A stretch of DNA of 52,517 nt, the filler included, from Diploschistes diacapsis (Eukaryota): NCBI GenBank assembly GCA_023645945.1. It is 3 parts of 3 records of this genome, joined end to end, with 100 filler letters (N's around TTAATTAATTAA, not from the genome) between each part and the next. Parts side by side here need not be neighbours in the genome. Positions count along the whole stretch, not along the records: positions 35,115 to 52,517 come from JALAIB010000457.1; 2 more parts are not named here. The stretch is one strand, 5' to 3'. Made by a program: the position numbers and the translations under genes. Numbering within the stretch: position 1 is the first letter of the stretch; the number at the start of each line of letters is the position of its first letter. This document shows, piece by piece, positions 51,664 through 52,517 of this stretch. The notes under the pieces were generated by a model that saw only the letters and a program-made list of their open reading frames with translations, was not told where the DNA came from and ran no database searches.

Positions 51664-52479
51664 TCAAGGATTTCCTGTAGGCACCGAAGGAAACGACTTC
51701 GGCTTGCTGAGACGCTCTCTGCTCCTTCGAGCAATCTCAGCATTCCGCATCCTGTCCACTCTCATCTGGTAGAAATTTCTGAATTCGAGTCAGCTTGTAG
51801 ACCTCCACGCAACAGCTCTAGACTCCAAACCTATGGAGCGAAAATATCCGCGGCTCATCGCTCCTCTCGTCCGTACTGGCCTGCTTCTCCGTCGCCGCTT
51901 TGATCTGGCAGGTCATCAGAAGCGCTTACTCTCGGGCCCAACAGTAGAGCCAGAAAGGTTGTGAGCGGGTACCTTCTCATCCCTCTCCTTCTCCGCCTTC
52001 GTTTCCTCCTCCCTCTCTTTCTGCTTCTCCACTTTATCCCCCTCTTTCCCCTTCTCCTTCTCCTTCTCCCGCCTCCGCCTCATCTTCTCCTCGTACTCTC
52101 TCTTAATCCTCTCCACCTCCCTATCCAGCTCCTCCCTCTTCTTCCGCGCCGCAACCTCCTCCTCGTCCACGACGGGGGAGCAGAATCCGCGGTCCTTGAG
52201 GTGCCCGCGGCACGTGTAGAAGAAGTCCTTGAACAGCCGATCAATATCCCATATGCAAGAGTAGCAGGGCCGACAGAGACGAGGTAAAAGGAAGGCAGAT
52301 GGAACAGAGAGAGCAGAAGCGGCAGATGGGTGGGAGCAGAGGAAAAGCAGAGCAGCTGGGTAACGTACTTTGTTGTCGGGCGTGATCAGCACGGCCGTCG
52401 TGGATCGGTAGCACACGTAGCACGACTTTGCCGCGCTTTCGGCGACCGTGCGCAGGTGCCAGGTGTTGGGGAGGGCCAT
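51664..52479 (-). CDS. VFA1: VPS4-associated protein 1 (VFA1/DUF1742), 4 exons
   Basis: NTWHLRTVAESAAKSCYVCYRSTTAVLITPDNK|DFFYTCRGHLKDRGF, charged linker, PRIFSLHR|NFYQMRVDR...FPSVP*. Confidence 0.9.
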
Positions 52480-52517
52480 TGCGGTGCGGAGTTCGTCCGC
52501 TGAGGGTTGGGGGGGAG

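Overview
Eukaryotic, intron-rich DNA from a filamentous ascomycete (Pezizomycotina). The window is three contig pieces joined by two artificial 100-nt spacers (44 N + TTAATTAATTAA + 44 N, at 17473-17572 and 35015-35114), so linkage across the spacers is not assured. Most genes are intact conserved genes: GBF1/GEA-type Sec7 ARF-GEF, RGS-LOV blue-light receptor, VMA2, a SnoaL/NTF2-like protein, SNG1-family membrane protein, SEN34, homocitrate synthase, acyl-CoA thioesterase, an MDR oxidoreductase, IPK1, an NsdC-like C2H2 factor, YVH1 and VFA1. Two loci look like non-self-recognition/cell-death genes and both have broken reading frames. (i) A SesA-like/NB-ARC/ankyrin NLR-type gene has one in-frame UAG and a shortened NOD module. 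(ii) A head-to-head pair joins a helical (HeLo-like)+pseudokinase gene with MLKL-like motifs (HKN for HRD, GFE for DFG) to a Ser/Thr kinase-WD40-coiled-coil gene, suggesting a decayed two-gene RIPK3/MLKL-like module. Two GC-AG introns and a 9-nt micro-exon were found by manual splicing. Family calls rest on motif recognition and hand translation; no database searches were run.
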